From Lama guanicoe (taxonomy: Eukaryota), in assembly GCA_013239625.1 (NCBI GenBank), contig MU053216.1:1056001-1120000 (forward strand): a DNA stretch of 64,000 nucleotides, read 5' to 3'. The notes under the pieces were generated by a model. That model was not told where the DNA came from and did no database searches. It was given only the letters and a program-made list of their open reading frames with translations. Positions 1 to 11,910 of the stretch are shown one piece after another. Numbering within the stretch: the stretch's first letter is position 1; each line of letters opens with the position of its first letter. The position numbers and the translations under genes are program-made.

Positions 1-1055
1 ACCCCCCTACCCCGTGCACCTCACACCCACTTGGACTGCTCCCTCTGCCTGGGAGGCCTCCTCCCAAGCACCTATGTGGGGTGGGGGGCTCCCACACTCC
101 TCCAGGCAGAGCAAGTTTGCTTCCCCTGGCCTGCACACCCTGGACCTGCTGTAACTGCTGTCACAGTCGCACCACCTCCTGTCGCACGGCAGTCAGTTAC
201 CTGTCCCTTTTACCTGTGCCATGTGCCAAGCACCATGGCAGATGCTGGTACACCAGGATGAGGAAGATACAGTTCTGGGCACCTGGGAGGGGCTTGTCCT
301 GGGGCCTGGGCCTCATTTCTTATACATTCATTCACTCATTCTTTCGATGTCTCCTATGCACCCAGTATATGCTGGGCGCCGTGCAGGGCAGGGCTATGAT
401 TAGACACAGAGCTGGCAGCCCTGCGGGAGAGAGGCAGCGACAGGAGGTTCCAGCTCCATGGGTCAGCGGGGTGCACAGGGCTGGGGCAGCACAGACCAGG
501 GGCACCTGCCTGGCCTTGGCAGGGCTTTCTGGAGGAATGGGTGTCTACACCAGGCCCCAGAGAGTCAGGAGGGTCGGGGAGGGGACACAGCACGGCAAGG
601 TCTGGGCAGCGAGGGCCAGCCCGGTGTGTTCCCAGGGTCAAAGCGCTTGGGGAGGGCGGGAGGGCTCCCTGCACCCCCCTCACCTGCCCAGCCAGCAGCT
701 GGGTCTGTGCACCAGCCCCTTCTTCACCTGCCACTGGAGAGAGGGACATCGAGTTCAGACATGGACACCAGAACTTTCCAGCCACCACCAAGTTCCCATG
801 GGGCCCCACCTCCAGGGCCTCAGCACCTCCTTGGAGAAGCAGGACAGGACAGACTGACACTGAGGTCTCCAGTCCTCTGTCCTGCACCTCCTCTCCTGAC
901 AGGGTCCTTGGGACCCTCCCTCTGCTCTAGCGGGTGTGGCCTTGACTTTGAAACCCTTGTGCTGCGGGGGATGGGAGAGGCAGCCTGGCTGTCTTACTCT
1001 GAGCCTCCCTGAGGCCAACTCCCACTTCTCTTCTCCAGAGCTCACCTGCTGTTCA

Positions 1056-1202
1056 GGGCGCACATCTCAGTGTGGTAGAGCGCGTGCTCAGCAGGCAGGA
1101 GATCCTGGTTCAATCCCCAGGACCTCCATTAAATAAATATATATCAAAAATAGCACATAAATAAACCTAATTTACCCCACAACCTCCCCCTCCCTGCAAA
1201 AA
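1056..1202 (+). mobile_element. tRNA-derived SINE (camelid-type)
   Basis: ctcagtgtggtagagcgcgtgct (A box), ggttcaatcccc (B box), AT-rich tail with aaacctaatttacc. Confidence 0.75.
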
Positions 1203-1299
1203 TTGAGTCCGGCTCTGCAGTCCCAGCTCAGCTTTGGGGAAGTTACTAGCCTTCTGTCTGCTTGAGCTCCCTTATCTGAAAAATGGAGCCTATCAGGGA

Positions 1300-2350
1300 G
1301 GTTCAGTGAAGGAACGTGCGGGGTAGCTGGGCGGGGCTCCCTGCACTGCACGTCGGCCGGAGCTGGGGGTGGCGCGCGGGGGCGGGGTGCTCCTCGGCTG
1401 CTGTGGCTGCTCCTTGGGTTGTGAAACGTCACCAGCCCCCCTCCAGGGCTCAAGGCCTGTGGAGCTGGTCGGCAGGCGGGTCCTGGCTGGCCCTCCTTGT
1501 GCGGGGTCTCCGGACCCTGGGTCAGGCCCTCTCCCGAGAGACCACGGTGGGGGGGCGGGGTTGTCCCGGCCTGCCGCCGCCGCCGCCGCCGCCCTCCCTC
1601 CCTGGGGCCCGCCCCGGTCTGGGCCGCGGGTCGCAGAACTTGCTCCCGAGTGGGGCTCCACCCCTGACACCGGAGCCGGGTTTCTGGAAAGGGCGGGGCA
1701 GGCCCCACCCTCGGGTCGGGGGCTGGTGGCGTTCCCCCTGCTGGCCTCAGGGGAATCCCAGGCCGGGCTCTCCGACTGGCGCAGTTCGGGGTGGGGCTGG
1801 CCCGACGTGCAGGGCGGCCCAGGCTGGCGGCTGTGTTCCTGCAGTGTGGCCGGTGGGTGCTGGCTTTCCCTGCAAAGTCCGGTCGGCCCTTCAGCTCAGC
1901 GAGCGGGAAGATGGTGTGAACTGGGGACGCGCTCGGGTTGGGGCAGGCTCCCCTCTCCCCACCACGTGCCCTCCTGTGTCCTACTCTGCCCTCGTGCGGC
2001 CTGTGCTGGTCACTTCGGCCCGTTCTCTCCGCCAGCCCCTCACGGTTCGCATGGCCCAGCCCCCTACGGTGAGAGTGCTCAGGGTCACAGGGTGAGGCAG
2101 CGACTGAGGCTCAGTCTGTAGGCGCAGAGCTGGGGTCTGAACCGCGTCTAGGACTCCAGAGCCGGGACCCCGCCCAGCACATGGGCCTGTGGAGGGAGCA
2201 CCCCAGATTTCCCCAATGGGCGGGCCTGCGCTGGAGCCCCAGCCTCCCGAGAGCCGGCTGGGGTGACCCAGGTCGACATCAGCAGCAAGGCTGGCCTGAC
2301 CCAGCCCCTCGAATCCGGGAGCCGGAGCCGGGAAAGGGGACAGTAGAATG
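1300..2350. promoter_or_regulatory. CpG-island-like region with (GCC)7 at 1573-1593, not attached to a visible gene
   Basis: High CpG density and several GGGCGGGG boxes. Confidence 0.5.
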
Positions 2351-4519
2351 TGCCCCCTGGAGGTGGCTCTGGGCAGGACGTTGGAGGGGGCACCAGCAGA
2401 CTCTTCCCACCTCCTGGGGTGATCACAGCGTAGTCTAGTGACCAGGAGACTGGAGGCACCAGGAAGCACCACCCTTTGCAGCCCCTGCAGTCTTATGTCC
2501 AGCCAGAGGGAGCACGCTCTCCTGTGTCCCCGGATGTCCCAAGCCCTCCCACCTCTGCAGTGCTCTTTCCTGTCCTGGATGGCCCCTCCCACCCTCCCCA
2601 CCCACCCAGCCAACTCCTCCCCATCCCTGGGGCTTCGCCCAAGCTGCTGTTTCTTGGGATGTGTGTGGGGGGCGGGGGTTGGGGGGTCCTGCGCTCCTGT
2701 GGCTTCCTGAGCGAGGCTCTCCTGCTACCTTGAGAGCACCACGCTGAAGGCCCGCGGTTCAGAGTCCAGGCCTGGGCGCTCAGCCTCGCCCCTTCCCTGG
2801 CGCTGTTCTGGAGCCTCAGCCCCATCCACCTGCTCACCCCTGGTTCTCAGCCCCCACCCCAACAGGTACAGGAATTTAAATTGCTCTCAATTGAAGACTC
2901 TGGAGAATGGTGCAAAGCACCGAGGCCCCAGGGGCAGCCCCGCCCCTGGCCAGGCACTCCCTTCAAGGAGCCCCAATCCCAAGGCAGTTTACCCCATAAA
3001 GTGGAGCCGGGACGCGGCCACTCTGAAGGAGGTGGGCGGGGCTGCCCTTCGGGAAAGCGGAGGGCGGGGCGCGGAGGGGCGCGGCTGCCAGGAGGCTCGG
3101 GCGGCGCTGCCGGGAGTGTGCTGGGCTTGCAGAGGGCGGGTCCGGGAGACCCGTTCAGCAGGCGCTGCCTCACCCCTCCCCTCTCCCCACCCACCCCTCT
3201 CCTGCCAGTTCCCCAAAGAAGCTGGCCTCGGGTTCTCTGATCAAAGCGAAGAAAAGCGTGTTTTAAAGAAATAGCTTGTTTTTTAGCCAACACTTATTTG
3301 AATAGTTTCTGATCCTATGATGCGAAGTCCGCGTGCGCCGGTCTCGACGGTGGGAAAACGTGTGTGAAATAACGTTCAGATCCGTCCGCTGCAAACTTTG
3401 GACGGCTCACCGGGGCAGGGTGCTTGGCCAGAGTGAGGTCTCACCGGTGTTCTTGCTCAGGCAGGGCGACTTGCGGACTAGCCCAGGCCTCACCCCTCAC
3501 CACCCTGTGCGGGTTGGTTTCATCATCTCTCTCCGTCTAGACTGGGTGCTTCCTGGGGCCCGGGGCACCGGCTTGTTCATCCGTGAGTCCCGTCCCTGGT
3601 GACTGGATGGAGGATGAAATCAGTCTCTCGCGGCGGGTCTGGCATGGGATTTGATGATTTGAAGATCGAACGTTGACAGGGCGGGAAAGAGGACAAAGCC
3701 TTGTGTTGTAGTTGTGTTGCCTTGCGTAGCTGTCAGAGGGTTGAATCAGCCCCAGACAACGGAGATTAGAAAAAGAATGATTTGATCTGGAAAGGTTCGG
3801 CTGGTCACCTCAAGCACGGAGACCGGTGCGAGCACTGGGGCTTTTCCCTGACTCTCCTCTGCTGAGGCCCTGGCGGTTCCGGAGGGGACGGCGTGGGGAG
3901 GGGTAACGAGGCCCGAGAGAGGCTCAAAGTCTACCCCTCCCCAAGGGCAAGAAGCAGCAGCCTGGGGGGCTTGAGCGCGGAGAGCTGTAAGGGGTGCTGG
4001 GGTGTGGCGTGGGGCCCCCCGGGATGGCTTTGTGTCCCTGGAGAGGAGGGGTGCTCACAGCAGTGGTCCAGAGCGGCAGGTCTGGTGAGTCTGTGGTTCG
4101 GGTAGTCCCCTCCAGGCCCCTCTGAGCCTGCGGACAATGAGGCAGAGGACCCAGAGGGAGCCTCCTCTTGGGGGGGACGGCTAGCCCAGCCCACACCCCC
4201 ACCCCCGTCCCCCCAAGTCTGTCTGTGCTGGCCAGAGGGGGAGGGGCAGCTGTGACTTGAATGTGAGGCTGGCGTTTGAGGTGGACCAGGATGGGGTCTT
4301 CATAAGTAAGATGTGGCTGTTGAAAGAATCAAAATGACTGAGTCTGGGGTCTCAGCTAGAGCCCACCGCCCAGCAGGGAAGGGGCTTCCCCAGGCGGGGC
4401 GCAGTCCTGGTGGTTATCGAGATGCAAATGAGACTGTCTAGAGGAAACCTCACCTCCTGGGTCGAGGGAGGCTTCCCCGCACAGACGCTATCTCTGCAGG
4501 CTCCTCCCCACCTGCTCTG

Positions 4520-4705
4520 TGTTCACTGTTTTCTACCTGCTGTGTATGTTCACTCTTGTCTTGTTTTTCCTCTATTTCTCTCCAATTCACTGTAAACCCC
4601 AAGAGACTGGGTTTTGTTTTGCTCAATCCTCCCAAAACCCCAGCGTGGTGTGCATGGCTGCCTCACAGGCATTCAGCTCAGAAACTGTTGAAGGAATGAG
4701 TGACC
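4520..4705 (+). mobile_element. L2-like 3' end remnant
   Basis: cactgtaaaccccaagagactgggttttgttttgctca...cacaggcattcagctcagaaactgttgaaggaatgagtga. Confidence 0.5.
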
Positions 4706-7700
4706 GTTTATCTGCGGGGAGTCGAGACTGCACTGGATGGGCCATATACCCACAGTGCTCTTGGAAGGACAGAGAGAACCTTGATGTTAGGAAAGGGGAA
4801 CAGAGATTTGGGGGCCTCGGGGTCGTCAGGGCAGTGGGACATTTAACAGTCTGAAGAAATTGACACTGAAAATTCACAGTATTTTCAGCTGGTGGTGGTG
4901 GAGAGGCCAGGGCTGCTCCTGAGTGAATGATGGGGGTTGGGGGTGGGGACAATAGGAAAGAAGTTTTTCCCAGGAAAGTGACTGGTCTGCCTTGCCGGCC
5001 ACTGTGTTACCTTTGTTTTGACCTTCAGACCCCATTCTGCATCCTGCTTGGCCAGGGGGTGGGGAGGGGCCCTGTGTGTCCCAGAATCTGCTGTTAAGGA
5101 CACAGGTTCCGAAGCCAGTTCCCCCACAGACCAGCTGAGGGACCTTCCTTTGCCTCCGTGTCCTTGTCTGTAACACGGGGTGGTGTTAGCAGCTTCCTCC
5201 TGGGGTGGCTGTGAGGACGAGATGGCCTTATAGCAAGGATGCTTGGAGCAGTGCCGGCACACAGCACAGGCACGTGAGGGCTTGCTGGTGTCTCGTGTAC
5301 TGTGGAGATAGAAAGGGTCTCCCAAACCCCCATGTCTCCCTGCCTTCCCTGTGGGGCCCACCCCTCCCTGCCCCCCGAGACCCGCCAGCACGTGCTCCCC
5401 TCCCCGACATTCCAGGGCACAGGGTGAACCTTGGCTGTGCCTCCTTCAGCCCTCCCCTTCCTTGAGCCTGGGGCTGCTGGCCGTCAGAGATGGGCCAGCG
5501 GTGAGTCAGCCCACCCTGCCCCGCCCTCCAGCCCCCCCGCCGAGGAGGCTGGGAAGGCGCTAACGCCCACTTTCCATCAGTCCGTCAGTCTCTCCTGGGC
5601 AGTGGAGCCACGGTGACCCCAAGTCAACACACCTCTCTTCTGAGGAATGAAGTGCTCTCCTGGTTGGGGTCCCCAAACCTTACACCTGAATTACCGTCAA
5701 CCCCACTGTGGGCCCAGGGCAGACTCTGTTGGCGACTGGACCTTGGGGTCCACTTTCCAGGCCTCATCTGTGTCTCCCACCCAACGCCTGCTGTAAAGTC
5801 CGTGCCCCCAGACCGGCCTGCTGTCTGTCTCTCTCACTCCCCTATTATTCTGCAGCCCAGCTCTGCTTCCTGGTCTCTTTCCACCCAGTGTCTTCCAGGA
5901 AGCCCTCCTGGACGGGCTAGGACCTTGCTGCTCAGTGTGGTCCACAGGCCTGGCGCAGGAGCACCACCCGGGAGCTGGAGAAACGGGGAGTCTGCATTCT
6001 CGCTGGGTCCCCAGGGGCCTGCGCACACATCACAGCTGGAGGATTCCACCCCTGACAAGATGGAGAGGCTGGGAATCCAGGCCGGCAGATCCCGCAGACT
6101 GGGGACGGAGGGGAGGACGTTCCAAATGCTGTAAATAACGACGCGGACCTGCCCTGGCCCCAGCCTGAGTCTCCTGCCACAGCCGCCTGCCCACCAGCCT
6201 CTCGGGCTGGCTGAAGGTGGACACGCTGGCAGGCCTCCCGGGTCAGATGCGGTCAGTGGGACCGAGGTCTCTCCCAGGCCGTGCCGTCTGGTCCGCACTA
6301 CCGTGTTGCGGGAGGGCCTCTGCCTGGGACCCTGGAGTCTCCCTTCAGCAGGGAGCTCAGGCAAACGGAGTGTGGCCCCGCAGCACTGGCCTCTGTCAGG
6401 AAGTGTCCTTCAGGGGGAGAAGTGGGGGTGGGGGTGGGGGGCTCCGGAGACCCCTCCCTTCCTCTCTCTGCTACCACAGGCCTTAACGCTTCTGGGACTC
6501 CTGAGTAATGAACACGAACCATTCAACCTCCTTTAGCCCAGAGTTTCCACAACTTAGACCTCCTTTGTCACTTGGGACCTGTGAACATCCTGTGGGAAGG
6601 ACTTTGGGAGATACCGACCTCACTAACACGCACACACACGCACCACACGTGCACGCATGTGCGGGCACACGTGCACCAATAACGAAGACTTCCACGTGAG
6701 GCTCTCTGGTGCTGAGGTGCCATCTCTGGAGGTGGGAGCTGCTCCTGGAGGAACTTCCTTCCAGTGTCCTTCTGGACAGAGGCCGTGGGGTGCAGGCAGC
6801 GCCACCTCGCCCAGGGTCCGTGGGGCGGGGGTAGGATGTCCTCCCCAGCTTTTGTTTCAGGTCTCAGATGCCATTGTAGTCCCTCAACCACCCGCCGGGC
6901 CGGAGCTGTTCCCCCTGCGCAGGGAGCAGGCTGTCCCCGCCTCGATGCCTGCTGATGCCGGTTGTTGTGGAGAGTGGGTGTGTGCCCCCAGCCAGGCGAG
7001 GGGTGGAGTACAGGGCTTCTGCGGGAAAATTTGCTGTCTTGTCCACCAGGAGGGTGTGTGGCGGCAGCTGGGGAGGTTTCTAGGCACACCTGGCCTGGGC
7101 TCCCGCTGACACTGCGCTTAGAGGAGGTGGAACTGGCTGGGCCGGTCCGGACAGCCTGACTCACTGACTTTCGGGCCCCGCCTCCCTTCCGCCTCGGGCA
7201 GTGGGTGAGGAGCCAGGCGGGAGGGCGTGGGATCTGGCGCGGACTGTGGGCTCCTCCCCAGGCCTGGCCGGGAGCTGGGGCGGGCGGGGACCAAGCTTTG
7301 GGCTCACGGAGATCCTGGGGCCCCAGTGGCATTGTCGCCCGAAATAAAACTCACAACCGAAAAGCTGAGAGGTCTGCTTCATTCGGCAGACGTTCCTGAG
7401 GATTTAAGCCCGGGACGACACCTGTCAGATGGCTCTGAGGGACTGCTCCAAAGTGGCGGGGCGGAGGCCGGGATGTAGGCACGTTCACAGTGAAGACCAG
7501 GTGGTCGGAGCCTCGAAAGATGGCTGTTAATTGAAGAAAGCCAGACCCCTCGAGTTAAGAACTGAGCACTTTTCTATGTACGGGAAGGCGCAGAGGTCTG
7601 GGCTCACAGAAGTCATTCCCTGATCCGCACCTCCGCTCTCCAGGGCCAGTGTCCTGTGCGTTCCCATCCTGAGTCCCCTCAGGGGGCACCGCTGGGGGCG

Positions 7701-10497
7701 GCAGCAGAGGCCCGGCTGCCTGCTTGCCGCATCCTGAGTGCCCTCCGCCCTCTGCTGGGTGCGGGCCGTGGCTGATGACCTGGTGGCTGCAGCGCCCTCT
7801 GTTTGCTGATACAGCTGGCAATGTTTTCATTCACCGCACCCTGAGAATCGTGAGACCTGCATGGGGGCAGACCTGGACGGGACCCCAGATGCCCCCTCGG
7901 TTTAGCAGAAAGGAAACTGGTGGGGGACCTTCCCTCAGCCACACATGGACTCTGGCGGATCAGAGGTTCCCTGACAATTTTATTGAGACATCACTTCCTG
8001 TGACTTCTGGGCTGCTTCCCCAGCCTGAGTGGAATTCCCTGAGATTAAATCTATCCCAAAGCCGGATCCCTCCATACGGGAGAATTCCATCTCCAAACGC
8101 CAACACGCACATGCTGTGTCCTCACTCCTTGTGACACCAGCTCCCCGTGGGGGCTGCAGAGTCCTGACCCCGCACCCCCACACCAGTCAAAACAGACCTC
8201 TGCCTGAGTTCCCAAGGAATGGATGCTCACAGATGCCAGCATGTGGTGATTCCTGGGCGGGGATGACACAGCAGACGGGACATGGATGCCCTGAAGCTGA
8301 GGTCATCCCTCTGTCCCACACCCCGTCCAGAGCTCTGGCTCTTAAGGGGGACGATGGCAGCTGGAGACGTGTGCAGAGTAGGGTGACGGGTCAGGCAGAT
8401 GGGCACTGAACCGTGCCCCACAGGAAAGGGTGAAGAGACCGATGTGGTTCAGCCTGGGCGTGAGACACCTGGGGACGTGGGGTGGCTCGTCCTGGGGAAG
8501 AGGGATTGGCCCTGCTCTCCACAGCCCCGGGGAGAGGCCGGGGAAGGACTGTGGAGCCCGGAGCTGGAGCCCGCTCAGGGATGGCCTAGCAGTCAGGGCA
8601 GCTTCGAGTCATCTTCCCCGAGGGGCCTGGGGCTGGGGCTGGGGCTGCTGCTTGGCCAACTGGACCTTCAAGGGTCAGAAGTGGGTGGGAGGCCTGGGAG
8701 GGTTTAAGATCATTTCTGAGAGTCTGCGGCTCTAGACCCCGAGTCACCCTCAGCCCCAGTTATGTGCACGCTCTATGCCAGCCACATGCTGGGTTGAGAG
8801 AGGACACAGAATGCTCGTCCTGGTCCTGCCCCAGGGAGCTTCTTATCCTTGGAGGGAGGGAGGCGCGTGCACAGGTCAGCACCCAGGGGGCCTTGGCCCG
8901 GGGGCGAGCACGCAGTTCCCTACAAGGGGCAGAGGGAAGACAAGAGGGTCCTGGAGCCGGGGCGGGTGGCACAGCAAGTGGGAGGGGCAACCCAGGGGCA
9001 GTGAGGTTAAGTGGCACTTTGTGTCCGGGGAGATGCTGGCATGGTTGAAGTACCGGCAGGGCTGGGGGAGGGCAGGAGGCAGGGCAGGTGGGCTGGGGCC
9101 AGCCTGGTAGAGCCTGGTGGGACGGCCTGACTCCTAGCTGTGGAAAACGGGAGCCAGCTGATGCTGCTAGGCAGACAGAGGGCAGAATCAGCGTAATTCT
9201 CAGTGATGGCTCTTGTGGCGGCAGACTCTGGAGGCAGAGAGGCCGGTGGGGGCCACACGGGTGGAGAGGCCAGCCAGGAGGCTTGATGGTGGCCCAGGGG
9301 AAGACAAGGCTGTTGGGTACTGGAATGACACGGCATCTTCCAGCTCAGGCCTTGGAGCCTGAATGGGAAAGGGAGTGCTAAAGAGGAGGCCAGAGCTTCC
9401 AGCTTGGGGACTGGGTGGCTGGTGATTTCATTAACCTTCGTCTCTTGTTTCCCCAAAGCAGACAGTCCAAACCACGTGTGGCTCGGGCTGGCCGGGAGGA
9501 CAGGATGGGGCGGCACCGAGGTCGGAGCGCTGCTGTGAGCGCTCCCCTGAGCGAGCAGCGGGCGGACACAGGGCCCTGGTCTTCCAGCAAAGATCCAGGC
9601 CCGCGCCCCAGCCCCCCGCACTCCTGCAGCCCATCCCAGCCCACAGCTCCCTCCCACCCTCTGCACCCCCCACCAGAGAGGCCCCTGCCCCGCCTGGGAG
9701 TTAGTGCAGCCACAGCCGGCCCCTGGGCCCACCGGCTGAGGGCTGCCGGCTCTGCAGTGTGGACCCCTCCCCGCTCTCCTCCTCACCTGGCTGAGGTCCG
9801 AGGCTCACCTGCTCACCCCGCCGCGTGGAGCCTGACTCTGCGCCCCTCCTGCCTCCCTGCCCTGCTGGCAGGGCCCCTGCTTAAACGCTCTCCACCTGCA
9901 CCTGTGTGGGAGCAAAACGTGGGTGGAGAAAGCACGGGCCTGTGTTGACTGGCTCCCTTTGAATCCATGACCCCCAGGCTCAGGTGGGCTCCTAGTGCTG
10001 TCTGGTATTCCTGCTCTGTTTTGCTAATGGTTTAGTTTTCCTGTGTTCCTAGAAAGCTGTTTCGTGCCTTCGCCCCTCTTGCCGTCAGCTGACACGTGGG
10101 TGGTGATTGGGCATCTTATCTCACTGAGGCGCGAAAGCAAGTCGGAGAGACCCCAGCAAGCTCCCTCCGGCACATCTACCTGCCCACCTGCCCGCGTGGC
10201 CATGGGTGGCGTGTCCACAGCCCGCCCAGGCCAAGCCCCCCGCCGGGCGGTCCTGTCCTTTCCTGTCTGTTCAAGAACATCACTCCAGCAAGTCTCCCCC
10301 GGCCCTCGGACCATCAGTGTCTCCGTCTCGGCTCTAGTGTTCCCGTCAGCAGCGAAGCATGCTTTCTTCTTAGGAAACAGCCTCTCCTGGTGCCACGTCC
10401 ATTTCTGGGAACCAGCCCCTCTCTCCTTCCTTTATGACAGAACTTCTCAGATTACTGTCAGTCCTGCTGGCTGTAACTCCATTTCTTCCCCTTTCTC

Positions 10498-10675
10498 TCT
10501 TTTTTAAAAACACCGTTATTATCGTATGATTTCTGTACAGTAAATACACGTATTTCTGATGTAATTAGATGAATTTGATGAAATTTGATGAATTTGATGA
10601 GTTTTGACAGAGGTACACACCCATGAAACCACCACCACAATCAGGGGAGCTAATGTTTCCATCACTCCCAAAGGG
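10498..10675 (-). mobile_element. Older L1 3'-end remnant
   Basis: T-run followed by gatgagttttgacagaggtacacacccatgaaaccaccaccacaatc...tttccatcactccca, resembling ancient mammalian L1 3' ends. Confidence 0.6.
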
Positions 10676-10689
10676 GGGCAAATTTCGAA

Positions 10690-11910
10690 TTCCCAGTTTA
10701 TCCCTTCCCACCCGCTTCCCCCCGGTAACCATAACTTTGTTCTCTATGTCTGTGACTCTGTCTGTTTTGTAGGTCAGCTCATTTGTGTCCTTTTTTTCAG
10801 ATTCCACATATACATGATATATGTTTTTTTCACTCTTTCTGGCTTACTTCAGTTAGAATGGTCCAGGCCTTGCAGACACTGCCGCCGGCCCGGATCCTCC
10901 CGCAGTGCCCAGCCATGGTCAACCCCACTGTGTTCTTCGACGTCGCTGTAGATGGCGAGCCCTTGGGCCATGTCTCCTTTGAGCTATTCGCAGACAAGTT
11001 TCCAAAGACAGCAGAAAACTTTCGTGCTCTGAGCACTGGGGAGAAAGGATTTGGTTATGAAGTTTCCTGCTTTCACAGAGTAATTCCGGGATTTATGTGC
11101 CAGGGTGGTGACTTCACATGCCACAGTGGCACTGGTGGCAAGTCCATCTATGGGGAGAAATTCGATGATGAGAATTTCATCCTGAAGCATACGGGTCCTG
11201 GCATCTTGTCCATGGCAAATGCAGGCCCCAACACAAACGGCTCCCAGTTTTTCATCTGCGCTGCCAAGACTGAGTGGTTGGATGGCAAGCATGTGGTCTT
11301 CGGCAAGGTGAAGGAAGGCATGAATGTTGTGGAAGCCATGGAGCGCCTTGGGTCCAGGCATGGCAAGACCAGCAAGAAGATCACCATTGCTGACTGTGGA
11401 CGAATATGATAAATTTGACTTGTGTTTTATCTTAACCACCAGACCATTCCTTCTGTAGCTCAGGAGAGCATCCCTTCACCCCCATCTGCTCGAAATATCC
11501 TATAATCTTTGTGTTCTCACTGCAGTTCTTTGGGTTCCATATTTTCCTTGCCCACCACCAAGTTTAGCTGGATTGCAAAGTTAAGTTTATGATTATGAAA
11601 TAAAAACTAAACAAACAAACAAACAAAAGAATGGTCCATCCATTATTTTATTATTTGTTATGGCTGCATAGTATTCCATTGTATAAATATACCACAGCTT
11701 CTTTATCCAGTCATCTGTGGATGGACATTTAGGTTGTTCCCATGTCTTGGCTGTTGTAAGTAGTGCTGCTGTGAACACAGGGGTGCATGTACCTTTTTGA
11801 ATTAAGGTTCACTCTGTAGATGCCCAGGAGTGGGATTGCTGGATCATACGGAAAGTCTATTTTTAGTTTTTTAAGGACCCTCCATACTGTCCTCTGTAGT
11901 GGCTGCAGCA
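10690..11910 (-). mobile_element. 5'-truncated L1 fragment (ORF2 C-terminus plus 3'UTR) split by the PPIA retrocopy
   Basis: Minus-strand peptides LKKLKIDFPYDPAIPLLGIY and FTAALLTTAKTWEQPKCPSTDDWIKKLWYIYTMEYY typical of the L1 ORF2 end; L1 3'UTR-like sequence continues left of the TSD. Confidence 0.9.
10866..11627 (+). pseudogene. PPIA: Processed PPIA (cyclophilin A) retrocopy; ORF 10915-11409 intact (164 aa), so possibly a retrogene
   Basis: Intronless MVNPTVFFD...TIADCGRI*; 5'UTR and 3'UTR present; AATAAA at 11599-11604; A-tail decayed to (AAAC)n; TSD AGAATGGTCCA at 10855-10865 and 11628-11638. Confidence 0.93.

Noticed and set aside
1..10400. TNNT2 terminal exons expected from synteny
   Set aside because: No troponin T C-terminal coding sequence was found; the gene presumably lies outside the window.
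10783..10857. Further N-terminal extension of the PPIA ORF given in the ORF track (208 aa)
   Set aside because: Begins at a non-ATG codon inside antisense L1 sequence; the first in-frame ATG is at 10858.
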